A DNA stretch of 64,000 nt. Source: an uncultured Actinomycetota bacterium (GTDB taxonomy: Bacteria > Actinomycetota > Actinomycetes > Actinomycetales > CAVURS01). The translations under genes were made by a program, and so were the position numbers. The stretch spans positions 149,512-213,511 of the forward strand of contig CAVURS010000003.1 in NCBI GenBank assembly GCA_963743975.1, read 5' to 3'. Of this stretch, positions 36,162-45,155 are shown in pieces (position 1 is the stretch's first letter; each line of letters opens with the position of its first letter). The notes under the pieces are model-generated. The model ran no database searches and was not told the origin of the DNA. It saw nothing but the letters and a program-made list of their open reading frames with translations.

Positions 36162-36602
36162 ATGAGGTTCGTTCGCGAAGTGATCGTGTTCGACGCGGCG
36201 GACCTGGCTGCGGAGAGTGCCTTCTGGGCCGGGATGTTCGGCGGTCACGTCATGGCGGACGAACGCTGGCACTCCGTCATCGACGCCTCGGGGGACTGGC
36301 GGATCGGCGTCCAGCTCGCTCCGCACCACGTGCCGCCGCAGTGGCCCGACGGGGCGCCGCAGCAGGTGCATCTCGACCTGCACGTCGACGACCCGCGAGC
36401 CGCGCACGAGGAGGCCATGGCGCTCGGCGCCCGGCTGCTCCAGGGAGCATCGGACCTCGACACCGACGAAGGCCACCAGGTGTACGCCGACCCGGCCGGC
36501 CATCCGTTCTGCATCGGCTGGGGACACCCCTCCCAGGACGCGTTGCACGCGTTGGTCGCCGAGCGGTTCGGCCCGAGCGACCCGAGACCCGATCCGTCCT
36601 GA
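36162..36602 (+). CDS. VOC (glyoxalase/bleomycin-resistance/dioxygenase) family protein
   Basis: A single beta-alpha-beta-beta-beta-type module is visible (VIVFDAADLAAESAFWAGMFGG...VHLDLHVDD...ADPAGHPFCI). Confidence 0.75.
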   Translation: MRFVREVIVFDAADLAAESAFWAGMFGGHVMADERWHSVIDASGDWRIGVQLAPHHVPPQWPDGAPQQVHLDLHVDDPRAAHEEAMALGARLLQGASDLDTDEGHQVYADPAGHPFCIGWGHPSQDALHALVAERFGPSDPRPDPS

Positions 36603-36639
36603 CCTGGCCCGCCGGCCCGGCTCTCACGTCGTGCGGAGC

Positions 36640-37047
36640 TCAGGACGGCAGCCGCAGCTCCAGCAGCTCCTGCAGCGACGCGGCCTCGCCGTCGCGCGCG
36701 CCGAGTCCCGGATTCAGCAGCGGCGCCGTGGGTTCGACGTGGACCGTCCGCCAGCGGCCGAAGCGCTGGGGTGGGACGACAAGGGTGTAGAAGGCGCCGT
36801 CCACGCCGATCCCCAGGGACTGGTTCTGCCGCAGGTACCAGCCGACGACGCCGGTCCGGTACCGGCCGCCGCCCGACCACGGGCGGGCCATCAGCTCCTC
36901 GGTGGGCAGGCCGGCTGCGGTGGCCCGCGCGACGAACCGGTCGATCAGCAGCTGCGCCTCGGCCGACTCCTGCTCCTGCCGTCGCTGGAGCGCCCGGGCG
37001 TGGTAGTCGGCCGCCTCCGCGCGGCGCCCGTCGGCCTCGTCGCTCAC
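36640..37047 (-). CDS. hypothetical protein (135 aa)
   Basis: The GTG at 37047 overlaps the upstream VOC stop codon (GTGA), and the composition is non-shadow. I recognise no family. Confidence 0.5.
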   Translation of the reverse strand: MSDEADGRRAEAADYHARALQRRQEQESAEAQLLIDRFVARATAAGLPTEELMARPWSGGGRYRTGVVGWYLRQNQSLGIGVDGAFYTLVVPPQRFGRWRTVHVEPTAPLLNPGLGARDGEAASLQELLELRLPS

Positions 37048-37496
37048 CGCTCCGCCACCGCGATCTGCTCGGCCAGGCCCACGATGATGCCGGACGGGCC
37101 CCGCAGGTAGCAGAGCCGGAACACGCTCTCGTACCGGGCCACCTCGCCGAGCACCTCCCCGCCATGGGTACGCAGGCGCGCGATGGTGTCATCGATGTCG
37201 TCGACGGCGAACATGACCCGGTGCAGGCCCAGCGTGTGGGGCGCAGGCATCGGCGGATCCGGCGTGATCACCTCAGGAGAGTGGTACGACGCGAGCTCGA
37301 GCTTGCCGTGGCCGTCGGGCGTGACCATCATCGCGATCTCGCTCCGGACGTCGTCGAGGCCGACGGTCCGGTCCGCCCAGGAACCTTCGATCGAGGCGCG
37401 CCCCTCGAGCTCCAGGCCGAGCTCGGTGAAGAACGCGATCGCCGCATCCAGGTCGCCGACGACGATGCCGACGTTGTCCATGCGTTGAACGGCCAC
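37044..37496 (-). CDS. VOC-family (glyoxalase I-like) protein
   Basis: The sequence MDNVGIVVGDLDAAIAFFTELGLEL...LHRVMFAVDDIDDTIARLRTHG shows the paired VOC modules. Confidence 0.85.
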   Translation of the reverse strand: MAVQRMDNVGIVVGDLDAAIAFFTELGLELEGRASIEGSWADRTVGLDDVRSEIAMMVTPDGHGKLELASYHSPEVITPDPPMPAPHTLGLHRVMFAVDDIDDTIARLRTHGGEVLGEVARYESVFRLCYLRGPSGIIVGLAEQIAVAER

Positions 37497-37524
37497 GCTC
37501 TCGACCCTAGTCAGGGCCGCCCGG

Positions 37525-38727
37525 TCAGGGCTCGAGCACGACCTTGATGCAGTCGTCGTCCTTCGACCGGAAGATCTCGTAGCCGTGGGCGGCCTCGCTC
37601 AGCGGCAGCCGGTGCGTGACCAGCTGCCGGGTGCCGAGCGGGTCGGCCGGGTCGAGAGCGATCGGGAGGATCTCGTCGCTCCAGCGGCGCACGTGGGCCT
37701 GGCCCATCCGCAGCTGCACGCCCCGGTCGAACATCTCCATCATCGGCAACGGGTCGATCTCGCCGCCGTACACCCCGCTGACCGAGACCGTGCCGCCGCG
37801 GCGCACGCCCTTGAGCGCGGCGTACAGCGCGTCCAGCCGGTCCACGGCAGCCTTGTCCGCCGCCTTCTGCGCGATGGCGTCGGGCAGCAGACCGGTGAGC
37901 CGCTGCGCCCCCGAGGCCAGCTTGTTGGCCAGCCCGTGGTCGTGTCCCTGGGCCTCCATGCCGACCGCGTCGATGACGGCGTCCGGCCCCCGGCCGTCGA
38001 CCATCTCGATCAGTGCCTCGCCGATGTCGTCCAGGCCGTCCGGGTCGACCGCCTCGACGCCGAAGCGCGCGGCCAGGGCCCGCCGGGCCGGCACCGGGTC
38101 GATGCCGATCACCCGTCCGGCGCCGCGGTGCAGTCCGATCCGGGCGGCGAACTGCCCGACCGGGCCGAGCCCGAGCACGGCGAGTGTCCCGCCGGCCGGG
38201 ACGTCGGCGTAGGCGACCGCCTGCCAGGCCGTGGGCAGGATGTCGGACAGGAAGAGCACCTGCTCGTCCTCGACGTCCTGCGGCACCTTGATCGGGCCGA
38301 ACTGGGCCTGCGGCACGCGCAGGTACTCGGCCTGACCGCCCGGCACGGACCCGTAGAGCGAGGTGTACCCGAACAGCGCCGCACCCTTGCCCTCGGAGCG
38401 CACCTGAGTGGTCTCGCACTGCGCGAACAGCCCGCGCGAGCACATCCAGCAGTGCCCGCAGGAGATGTTGAACGGGATCACGACCCGGTCGCCTGCCGTC
38501 AGGTTGGTGACCTGGGAGCCGACCTCCTCGACCACGCCCATCGCCTCGTGGCCGAGCACGTCGCCGGGCTTCAAGAACGGCCCGAGCACCCCGTAGAGGT
38601 GGAGGTCGGAGCCGCAGATCGCCGTGGAGGTGACGCGGATGACCGCGTCCGTCGGCTCCTGGATCGCGGGGTCGGGGACGTCGATGACCTCGACGTGCTG
38701 GTTTCCTTGCCAGGTAAGCGCTTTCAT
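37525..38727 (-). CDS. zinc-dependent alcohol/formaldehyde dehydrogenase (MDR family)
   Basis: GHEAMGVVEEVG (catalytic Zn), CGHCWMCSRGLFAQC (structural Zn) and VLGLGPVG (Rossmann motif) are present. Confidence 0.9.
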   Translation of the reverse strand: MKALTWQGNQHVEVIDVPDPAIQEPTDAVIRVTSTAICGSDLHLYGVLGPFLKPGDVLGHEAMGVVEEVGSQVTNLTAGDRVVIPFNISCGHCWMCSRGLFAQCETTQVRSEGKGAALFGYTSLYGSVPGGQAEYLRVPQAQFGPIKVPQDVEDEQVLFLSDILPTAWQAVAYADVPAGGTLAVLGLGPVGQFAARIGLHRGAGRVIGIDPVPARRALAARFGVEAVDPDGLDDIGEALIEMVDGRGPDAVIDAVGMEAQGHDHGLANKLASGAQRLTGLLPDAIAQKAADKAAVDRLDALYAALKGVRRGGTVSVSGVYGGEIDPLPMMEMFDRGVQLRMGQAHVRRWSDEILPIALDPADPLGTRQLVTHRLPLSEAAHGYEIFRSKDDDCIKVVLEP

Positions 38728-38757
38728 CGTCCTCAGTTGAACATCCGGCTCACGAGG

Positions 38758-39672
38758 TCACAACTCGGAGCCGGTCAACCGTTTCCGCAGCCGGCTCAGC
38801 CCGGCGTGCCGGCCGTGCAGCGCGTCGCCCTCGGGAACGCTCTGCAGCACGTTGCCGGTCGTCGGCGGCACGGTCCGGCGCTCCTGGGTGAGCAACCCGA
38901 CGAGCGGGCCCACGAGCGCGTCGTACACCCGCGGCAGCAGCAGGAAGCCGAGCGACATGACGCGGTTCGTCGCGCCCACGCTCAACCGGTACGGCGGCCG
39001 GTCCAGGCTGCGCACGACGGCCCGGGCGACGGCCTCCGGTGAGTAGACGGGAGCCGGGGGCTTGCCGACCCGGCCCTGGACGTTGGCGGCCTGGGCGTAG
39101 ATCGGTGTGTCCACGCCGCCCGGCGTGACGAGCGTCACGGTCACCCCCCGGCGGTCGCGGTTCTCCAGCTGCAGTCCCCGGGCCAGCGCGCGGACGGCCC
39201 ACTTGCTGACGACGTACGCCGACATCTGCGGCACGCCGAGCTCACCGGTGATCGAGCCCACGAGGTAGAGGTGCCCGTGGTCCTGTGCCCGCATGTCCGG
39301 CAGCACGGCGCGCGCCACGTTCGCCGCCCCGTGGACGTTCGTGGCCAGGACGCCGTCGAACACCTCGGCCGGGATCTGCTCGAACCGCCCGTACGCCGCG
39401 ACCCCGGCGCAGTTGACCACGACGTCGAGGCGGCCGAACGCCTCGTGCAGCCCGGCCACGGCCTTCTCCACGGCCGCGGCGTCCCGCACGTCGGCGACGA
39501 CGACGCGGGTGCTGGCCGCGCCCAACTGCTCGCACTCGCGCGCGGCCTCCTCCAGCGGCCCGGACGATCGCCCCATGAGCGCCACGTGGTCGCCGGCCCG
39601 GGACAGCTCGTGGGCCAGCGCGCGGCCGATCCCGCTGCTCGCTCCGGTCACGAGCGCCGTCCGCGGCGTCAC
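38758..39672 (-). CDS. SDR-family oxidoreductase
   Basis: ALVTGASSGIGRA, NCAG and YVVSKWAV (YxxxK) are present. Confidence 0.9.
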   Translation of the reverse strand: MTPRTALVTGASSGIGRALAHELSRAGDHVALMGRSSGPLEEAARECEQLGAASTRVVVADVRDAAAVEKAVAGLHEAFGRLDVVVNCAGVAAYGRFEQIPAEVFDGVLATNVHGAANVARAVLPDMRAQDHGHLYLVGSITGELGVPQMSAYVVSKWAVRALARGLQLENRDRRGVTVTLVTPGGVDTPIYAQAANVQGRVGKPPAPVYSPEAVARAVVRSLDRPPYRLSVGATNRVMSLGFLLLPRVYDALVGPLVGLLTQERRTVPPTTGNVLQSVPEGDALHGRHAGLSRLRKRLTGSEL

Positions 39673-39773
39673 CGGGGCCGCCCCGACGCCGTCCGGTTGC
39701 GGTCCGCCGCTGAGCCCCTACGTTGGGTGCGGGTGAAGACAGCGCCTCCGGGAATGAATGATGTGGAGACCTG

Positions 39774-41885
39774 ATGCCTCGTACGACCCGTGCCGCCCAG
39801 AAGGCACCCCGCCCGTCCAGCCCCACGGGGCGGAAGGCGGACACGCCCGAGCAGCCCGACGCCTGGGCTCAGACCGGGGACCGCCTGACCACGGCGCAGG
39901 GCGTCCGCCTGCCGGACACCGACCACTCGCTGAAGGCGGGCGACCGCGGGCCGACGCTGCTCGAGGACTTCCACCTCCGGGAGAAGATCACCCACTTCGA
40001 CCACGAGCGCATCCCCGAGCGGGTCGTGCATGCTCGCGGTGCCGCGGCGCACGGGACCTTCGAGTCGTACGGAACGGCGAAATCCGTGACGCGGGCGGCC
40101 TTCCTGGCCGGGCGCGGGGTCAAGACGCCGGTGTTCGTGCGGTTCTCCACGGTGCTCGGCTCCCGCGGCTCGGCCGACACCGTCCGCGACACCAGGGGCT
40201 TCGCGGTGAAGTTCTACACCGACGAGGGCAACTTCGACCTGGTGGGCAACAACATCCCGGTGTTCTTCATCCAGGACGGCATCAAGTTCCCCGACGTGAT
40301 CCATGCCGGCAAGCCTCACCCCGATGTCGAGATCCCGCAGGCCCAGTCGGCCCACGACACGTTCTGGGACTTCGTCTCGCTGCACACCGAGGCCACGCAC
40401 CACGTGTTCTGGAACATGAGCGACCGGGGCATCCCGCGGTCGTTCCGGACGATGGAGGGCTTCGGCGTCCACACCTTCCGCCTGGTGAACGCCCGCGGCG
40501 AGACCAGCCTGGTCAAGTGGCACTGGAAGCCGGTCGCGGGCGTCCACTCGCTGGTGTGGGAGGAGGCGCAGATCGCGGCCGGCGTCGACCCGGACTTCCA
40601 CCGGCGCGACATGGCCGACGGCATCGACGCCGGCGCGCCGCTGGAGTGGGAGCTCGGCATCCAGGTCATGCCGGACGACGGCACCGACACGTTCGAGGGC
40701 ATCGACCTGCTCGACCCGACCAAGCTCGTGCCGGAGGAGCTGGTGCCGGTGCAGCTGATCGGGCGGCTGACGCTCGACCGCAACCCGACGAACTACTTCG
40801 CCGAGACCGAGCAGGTCGCGTTCCACACCGGCAACCTGGTGCCCGGCATCGAGGTCACGAACGACCCGCTGATGCAGGCCCGGCTGTTCTCCTACCTGGA
40901 CACCCAGCTCACCCGGCTCGGCGGCCCGAACTTCACCCAGCTGCCGATCAACCGGCCGCACTGCCCGGTGAACGACATGCTGCGCGACGGCATGCACCAG
41001 ACCGCGGTCCACACGGGCATCGCGCCGTACCGCCCGAACAGCCTGGACGCCGGCGTGCCCGAGCTGTCGACCGCGAAGGAGGGCGCGTACGTGCAGTCGC
41101 CGCGCCCGATCGCGGGCGAGGCGGTCCGGGCGAACCCCGTGTCGTTCGAGGACCACTTCACCCAGCCGGCGATGTTCTACCGGAGCCTCACCGAGATCGA
41201 GCAGGCGCACATCGTCGAGGCGTTCACGTTCGAGCTCGGCAAGTGCTACGAGCAGACCGTCAAGGAGCGTGAGCTGCAGGTCCTGGCCAACGTGGACGCC
41301 GACCTGTGCGCGCAGGTCGCGGCCGGCCTCGGCCTGCCCGCACCGTCGGGCACGCCGCCCGAGACGCCGGTCCTGTCGGCCGCCCTCTCGCAGGTGGTCG
41401 TCGAGCCCGGTCCGATCGCCGGCCGCACGATCGGCGTGGTCGCCGACAAGGGCTCCGACCTGGCCGGCATCGGCAAGCTCCGCGCGACCCTCGAGAAGCA
41501 GGGCGCCAAGCTGCTGGTGATCGCCCCGGTCGGCGGCAAGCTCGGCCGAGGCGCCCGCACCGAGGTGGTCGAGCGGACGATCGGGACGGCCCGCTCGGTC
41601 GAGTTCGACGCCATCCTGGTCGCGCGGGGGACCGCCCCGAGCGCGGACATCAAGCTCGTCGTGATGCTGCAGGAGGCGTACCGGCACTGCAAGGTGGTCG
41701 GGGCCTGGGGCGACGGGGCCGACGTCCTGCTCGCCGCCGGCATCCCGGCCGACGCGGCGGGTGTCGTCACCGGCGCCACGATGGTCCGCGCGTTCTCCGA
41801 CCAGCTGGTCCACCAGCTCGGCCTGCACCGCGTGTGGGACCGCGCGGTCGACGTGATGGCGTCGGCCGTGCCGCCGAGCGCCTGA
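39774..41885 (+). CDS. katE: large-subunit monofunctional catalase (HPII-type)
   Basis: FDHERIPERVVHARGAAAHG, the VRFSTV segment and RLFSYLDTQ are present. At 703 aa, the protein includes the C-terminal flavodoxin/DJ-1-like domain typical of HPII. Confidence 0.92.
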   Translation: MPRTTRAAQKAPRPSSPTGRKADTPEQPDAWAQTGDRLTTAQGVRLPDTDHSLKAGDRGPTLLEDFHLREKITHFDHERIPERVVHARGAAAHGTFESYGTAKSVTRAAFLAGRGVKTPVFVRFSTVLGSRGSADTVRDTRGFAVKFYTDEGNFDLVGNNIPVFFIQDGIKFPDVIHAGKPHPDVEIPQAQSAHDTFWDFVSLHTEATHHVFWNMSDRGIPRSFRTMEGFGVHTFRLVNARGETSLVKWHWKPVAGVHSLVWEEAQIAAGVDPDFHRRDMADGIDAGAPLEWELGIQVMPDDGTDTFEGIDLLDPTKLVPEELVPVQLIGRLTLDRNPTNYFAETEQVAFHTGNLVPGIEVTNDPLMQARLFSYLDTQLTRLGGPNFTQLPINRPHCPVNDMLRDGMHQTAVHTGIAPYRPNSLDAGVPELSTAKEGAYVQSPRPIAGEAVRANPVSFEDHFTQPAMFYRSLTEIEQAHIVEAFTFELGKCYEQTVKERELQVLANVDADLCAQVAAGLGLPAPSGTPPETPVLSAALSQVVVEPGPIAGRTIGVVADKGSDLAGIGKLRATLEKQGAKLLVIAPVGGKLGRGARTEVVERTIGTARSVEFDAILVARGTAPSADIKLVVMLQEAYRHCKVVGAWGDGADVLLAAGIPADAAGVVTGATMVRAFSDQLVHQLGLHRVWDRAVDVMASAVPPSA

Positions 41886-41900
41886 CGGCGACGTCCCGCC

Positions 41901-42932
41901 TCAGGCCTCGCTCTTCAGCAGCCGCAGCAGGGCGCGCTCGATCGACGTCTGCACCGTGGGTGGGCGGTCGCCGTCGCGGTCGGCCAGGGCCTTGACCGTC
42001 CGGGCCGGGATCGCGATGGTCACGCCCTCCTCGAACAGCTCGATGACGCGCGGGTCGATGTAGGAGCCGCGGGCCACGGTGGGGGTGTTCCCGAGGTAGG
42101 ACGCCACGTTCTTCACCGCCGCCCGGACGGCGCGGGACCGAGCGGCCGCCGTCTGCGCGCGGTCGGCCGCGACCGCGAGCTCGACACTGGCCAGCACGGT
42201 GGCGTGCCAGGTGCGGAAGTCCTTCGCGGACACGTCGCAGCGCAGGACCTCCTTGACGTACGCGTTGATGTCCGTGCTCGTCACGTCGTGCCAGCGACGG
42301 CCCTCCTGGTAGGCCAGCAGCTCCTCGCCACCGCCCCGCCGGCGGAGCAGGGTCCGCACGCTGGCCGCGGTCAGCGGGTCCTCGAGCCGGATGGTGCGTT
42401 GCTGCCCCGACTTCGCGACGTAGTCGAAGACGACGGCTCCGCGGTCGAGGCGGGCGTGCCGCCGCAGCAGCGTCGCGAGGCCGTAGCTGCCGTTGGCCGC
42501 GGTGTAGCTCTCACCGCCGACCCGGAAGAAGCCGAGGTCGAGCAGCCGGAACGCCGTGGCCAGCGCCCGCTCGCGCGGCATCCCGGGCAGCTCGACGGCC
42601 TCGGTCGCCCGCTTGCGCGCCGCCGGAAGGCTCCGGCCGACGGACAGGATCCGCTCGAACTTCTCCCGGTCGCGCTGCTCCCGCCAGACGGGGTGGTAGA
42701 GGTACTGCCGCCGGCCGGCGTCGTCCGTCCCGACCGCCTGGATGTGGCCGTTGGGGAACGGGCAGATCCAGACGTCCCGCCAGGCCGGCGGGATGACCAG
42801 GCCCTTGATCCGGTCGAGCACCACCGGGTCGGTCACCGGCTCGCCGGTGACGTCGACGTAGCTGAAGCCGCGGCCCCGGCGCTGGCGGCGGATGCCGCGT
42901 TGGTGCGGGAAGACCGTTCGCAGTCGGGTCAT
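41901..42932 (-). CDS. bacterial DNA topoisomerase IB
   Basis: ATG at 42932 within ORF 41901..43175. The segments IPPAWRDVWI, QAVGTDDAGRRQYLYHP, SAKDFRTWHAT and VARGSYIDPRV (catalytic Tyr) are present. Confidence 0.85.
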   Translation of the reverse strand: MTRLRTVFPHQRGIRRQRRGRGFSYVDVTGEPVTDPVVLDRIKGLVIPPAWRDVWICPFPNGHIQAVGTDDAGRRQYLYHPVWREQRDREKFERILSVGRSLPAARKRATEAVELPGMPRERALATAFRLLDLGFFRVGGESYTAANGSYGLATLLRRHARLDRGAVVFDYVAKSGQQRTIRLEDPLTAASVRTLLRRRGGGEELLAYQEGRRWHDVTSTDINAYVKEVLRCDVSAKDFRTWHATVLASVELAVAADRAQTAAARSRAVRAAVKNVASYLGNTPTVARGSYIDPRVIELFEEGVTIAIPARTVKALADRDGDRPPTVQTSIERALLRLLKSEA

Positions 42933-44695
42933 TGGCGCAGCTGGCTGATCTTGTCCTTGAACAAGGTCGTCGCGATCGACGCCTTGTGCGGCTGCCCGCG
43001 CAGCCAGGCCGTGGCGAACTTCTTGGCCTGGTCGTACGCCACCTTGCCGGGCAGCGGCGGCTCGTTCGGGTCGACGTCCACGTCGACGATCGCCGGGCCG
43101 TCGAACGCGAGGGCGTCGCGGATCGCGGGCTCGACCTGCGCGGGATCGGAGACCTTGGCCCCGAAGCCTCCGCACGCGGTGGCCCAGGCCCCGAAGTCCG
43201 CGACCGGCGGCTGGTAGCGGACGCCATGCTCGGGATAGCCCAGAACCATCTGCTCCCAGAGGATCTGGCCCAGCGAGTTGTTGTTGTTGATCACGACCTT
43301 GACCGGAAGGCCGGCGCGCACGGCGGTCAGGAACTCGGCCATCAGCATCGCGAACCCGCCGTCGCCGACGTACGCGATGACCTGGCGCCCGGGGTAGGCG
43401 TGCTGGATCCCGATGGCGTACGGCAGCCCGGGCGCCATCGTCGCCAGGTTGCCGGACAGGTAGAACTGCCGGTCGCCCCGGATCGCCCAGTGCCGGGCGG
43501 CCCAGGTCGCGACCGTCCCGCTGTCACAGGTGAGGACGGCGTCGGCGCTCGCGAGCCGGTCGAGGCACGACACGACGTACTGCGGGGCGATCGGGTCGCG
43601 GTCGGGGTTCTCCAGGGCCGTCATGTCCGACCGCCACGACTCCATCGCCTCCTGGTACTTCGCCAGGTGCCGGCCGTCACCCGCGCTCCGCAACAGCGGC
43701 AGCAGGGCCTGCAGCCCCTGCTTGGCGTCCCCGACCATGGGGACCTCGGTGGGCATCCGCAACCCGGCCCGGGCCGGATCCGCCTCGAGCTGAACGGTTC
43801 TCACCTTTCCCGGCTCGGGCAGGTGCTGGGTGTACGGGAAGTTCGTGCCGACCATGAACAGCGTGTCGCAGTCCTCGACCAGCTCCTCGCCGGGCCGGGT
43901 GCCGAGCAGCCCGATCCCCCCGACGGCGAACGGCGAGTCGTCGGGGATCACGGCCTTGCCGGGCAGCGTCTTGATCACCGGGGCGCCGAGCCGCTCGGCG
44001 ACCTGGAGCACCTCCTCGCGCGCGTGCAGGGCTCCGGCGCCGACCAGGATCGCGACCTTCTCCCCGGCGTTGAGCACCTCGGCGGCGGCCCGCAGGTCCT
44101 CCTCGCGGGGCAGGCCGGGCGGGGGCAGGTAGATCGGCGACGTCGCCGGCGGCCGGGCGGGGGCGACGTGCTGGTAGGGATCCAGGTCGGCGTCGGCGAC
44201 CTGCACGTCGTTCGGGAAGGTCAGGTGCGCGACCCCGCGGCGGGCGAGCGCCGTGCGGATCGCGATGTCGACGACACCGGGCAGCTGGGCCGGGTTGTCG
44301 ACGACCAGGTTGTACTCGGCCACGTCGGCGAACAGCTGCTCGAGGTGCACCTCCTGCTGGTACCCGGTGCCGAGCACCGACGTCTCCTGCATCCCGGTGA
44401 TCGCGAGCACCGGCGTGTGGTCCAGCTTCGCGTCGTACAGGCCGTTGAGGAGGTGGATCGCACCGGGCCCGGAGGTCGCGAGGCAGACGCCGAGCCGACC
44501 GGTCGCCTTGGCGTAGCCGGTGGCCATGAAGGCCGCCGCCTCCTCGTGGTGGACGAGGACGAAGCGCACCCGGTCCTGGTGCCGGCGCAGGCCCTCCATG
44601 ATGCCGTTGATGCCGTCACCGGGGAGGCCGAACACCGTGTCGACGCCCCAGTCGGCCAGCCGCTCGATCACCAGCTCGGACGCGATCTTGGCCAT
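42929..44695 (-). CDS. thiamine-diphosphate-dependent pyruvate oxidase/dehydrogenase (PoxB-like)
   Basis: GLPGDGINGIMEGL, GPGAIHLLNGLYDA and the TPP-binding segment YVGDGGFAMLM...NNN are present. Its stop codon overlaps the topoisomerase IB start (ATGA). Confidence 0.88.
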   Translation of the reverse strand: MAKIASELVIERLADWGVDTVFGLPGDGINGIMEGLRRHQDRVRFVLVHHEEAAAFMATGYAKATGRLGVCLATSGPGAIHLLNGLYDAKLDHTPVLAITGMQETSVLGTGYQQEVHLEQLFADVAEYNLVVDNPAQLPGVVDIAIRTALARRGVAHLTFPNDVQVADADLDPYQHVAPARPPATSPIYLPPPGLPREEDLRAAAEVLNAGEKVAILVGAGALHAREEVLQVAERLGAPVIKTLPGKAVIPDDSPFAVGGIGLLGTRPGEELVEDCDTLFMVGTNFPYTQHLPEPGKVRTVQLEADPARAGLRMPTEVPMVGDAKQGLQALLPLLRSAGDGRHLAKYQEAMESWRSDMTALENPDRDPIAPQYVVSCLDRLASADAVLTCDSGTVATWAARHWAIRGDRQFYLSGNLATMAPGLPYAIGIQHAYPGRQVIAYVGDGGFAMLMAEFLTAVRAGLPVKVVINNNNSLGQILWEQMVLGYPEHGVRYQPPVADFGAWATACGGFGAKVSDPAQVEPAIRDALAFDGPAIVDVDVDPNEPPLPGKVAYDQAKKFATAWLRGQPHKASIATTLFKDKISQLRQ

Positions 44696-44838
44696 GGCGA
44701 CGACGATCTCATCGATCCGCCGGCCCTGCAGGTCGGCGCGGTCTGAGAGTCGTCCCGGAGGTCACGACCCGCATCGTCCACGGCCAGAGGGGTATTCGTC
44801 CGATGGACCGGCCGTCCCGTCGCGGCTCGGTCTGGAGG

Positions 44839-45033
44839 TCAGTCGGTCGCGGGGGGTACGTCGTCCGGGTCGTAGTCGTCGATGCCGACCTCGACCCGCT
44901 CCTCCTCGGCCCGGTGCGCGAGCTCGTCGTCGTCGAGCCGCGCCGGTGCCTTGCCGTGCTCGTGCCGGTCGGGGCGCGCGTCCTCGGTGGTCTCCATGAC
45001 GTCGCTGAGGTCGGGCTCGTCGTGGTCGGTCAT
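44839..45033 (-). CDS. small, highly acidic protein (64 aa)
   Basis: The ATG at 45033 is preceded by GAAGGAG. The sequence MTDHDEPDLSDVMETTEDARPDRHEH...GIDDYDPDDVPPATD looks disordered and is Asp/Glu-rich. Confidence 0.5.
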   Translation of the reverse strand: MTDHDEPDLSDVMETTEDARPDRHEHGKAPARLDDDELAHRAEEERVEVGIDDYDPDDVPPATD

Positions 45034-45155
45034 CGTCCGCTCCTTCGGGTGGGACGTCCGGGCACCTGCCAGTGTCGGCCGGTGCCCGGGCACCGGCAAG
45101 CGCGGTACCGGCGCCTCGGAGAGCAGCTCCGGCCGGTCGCTGCTTTCCTGAGGAC

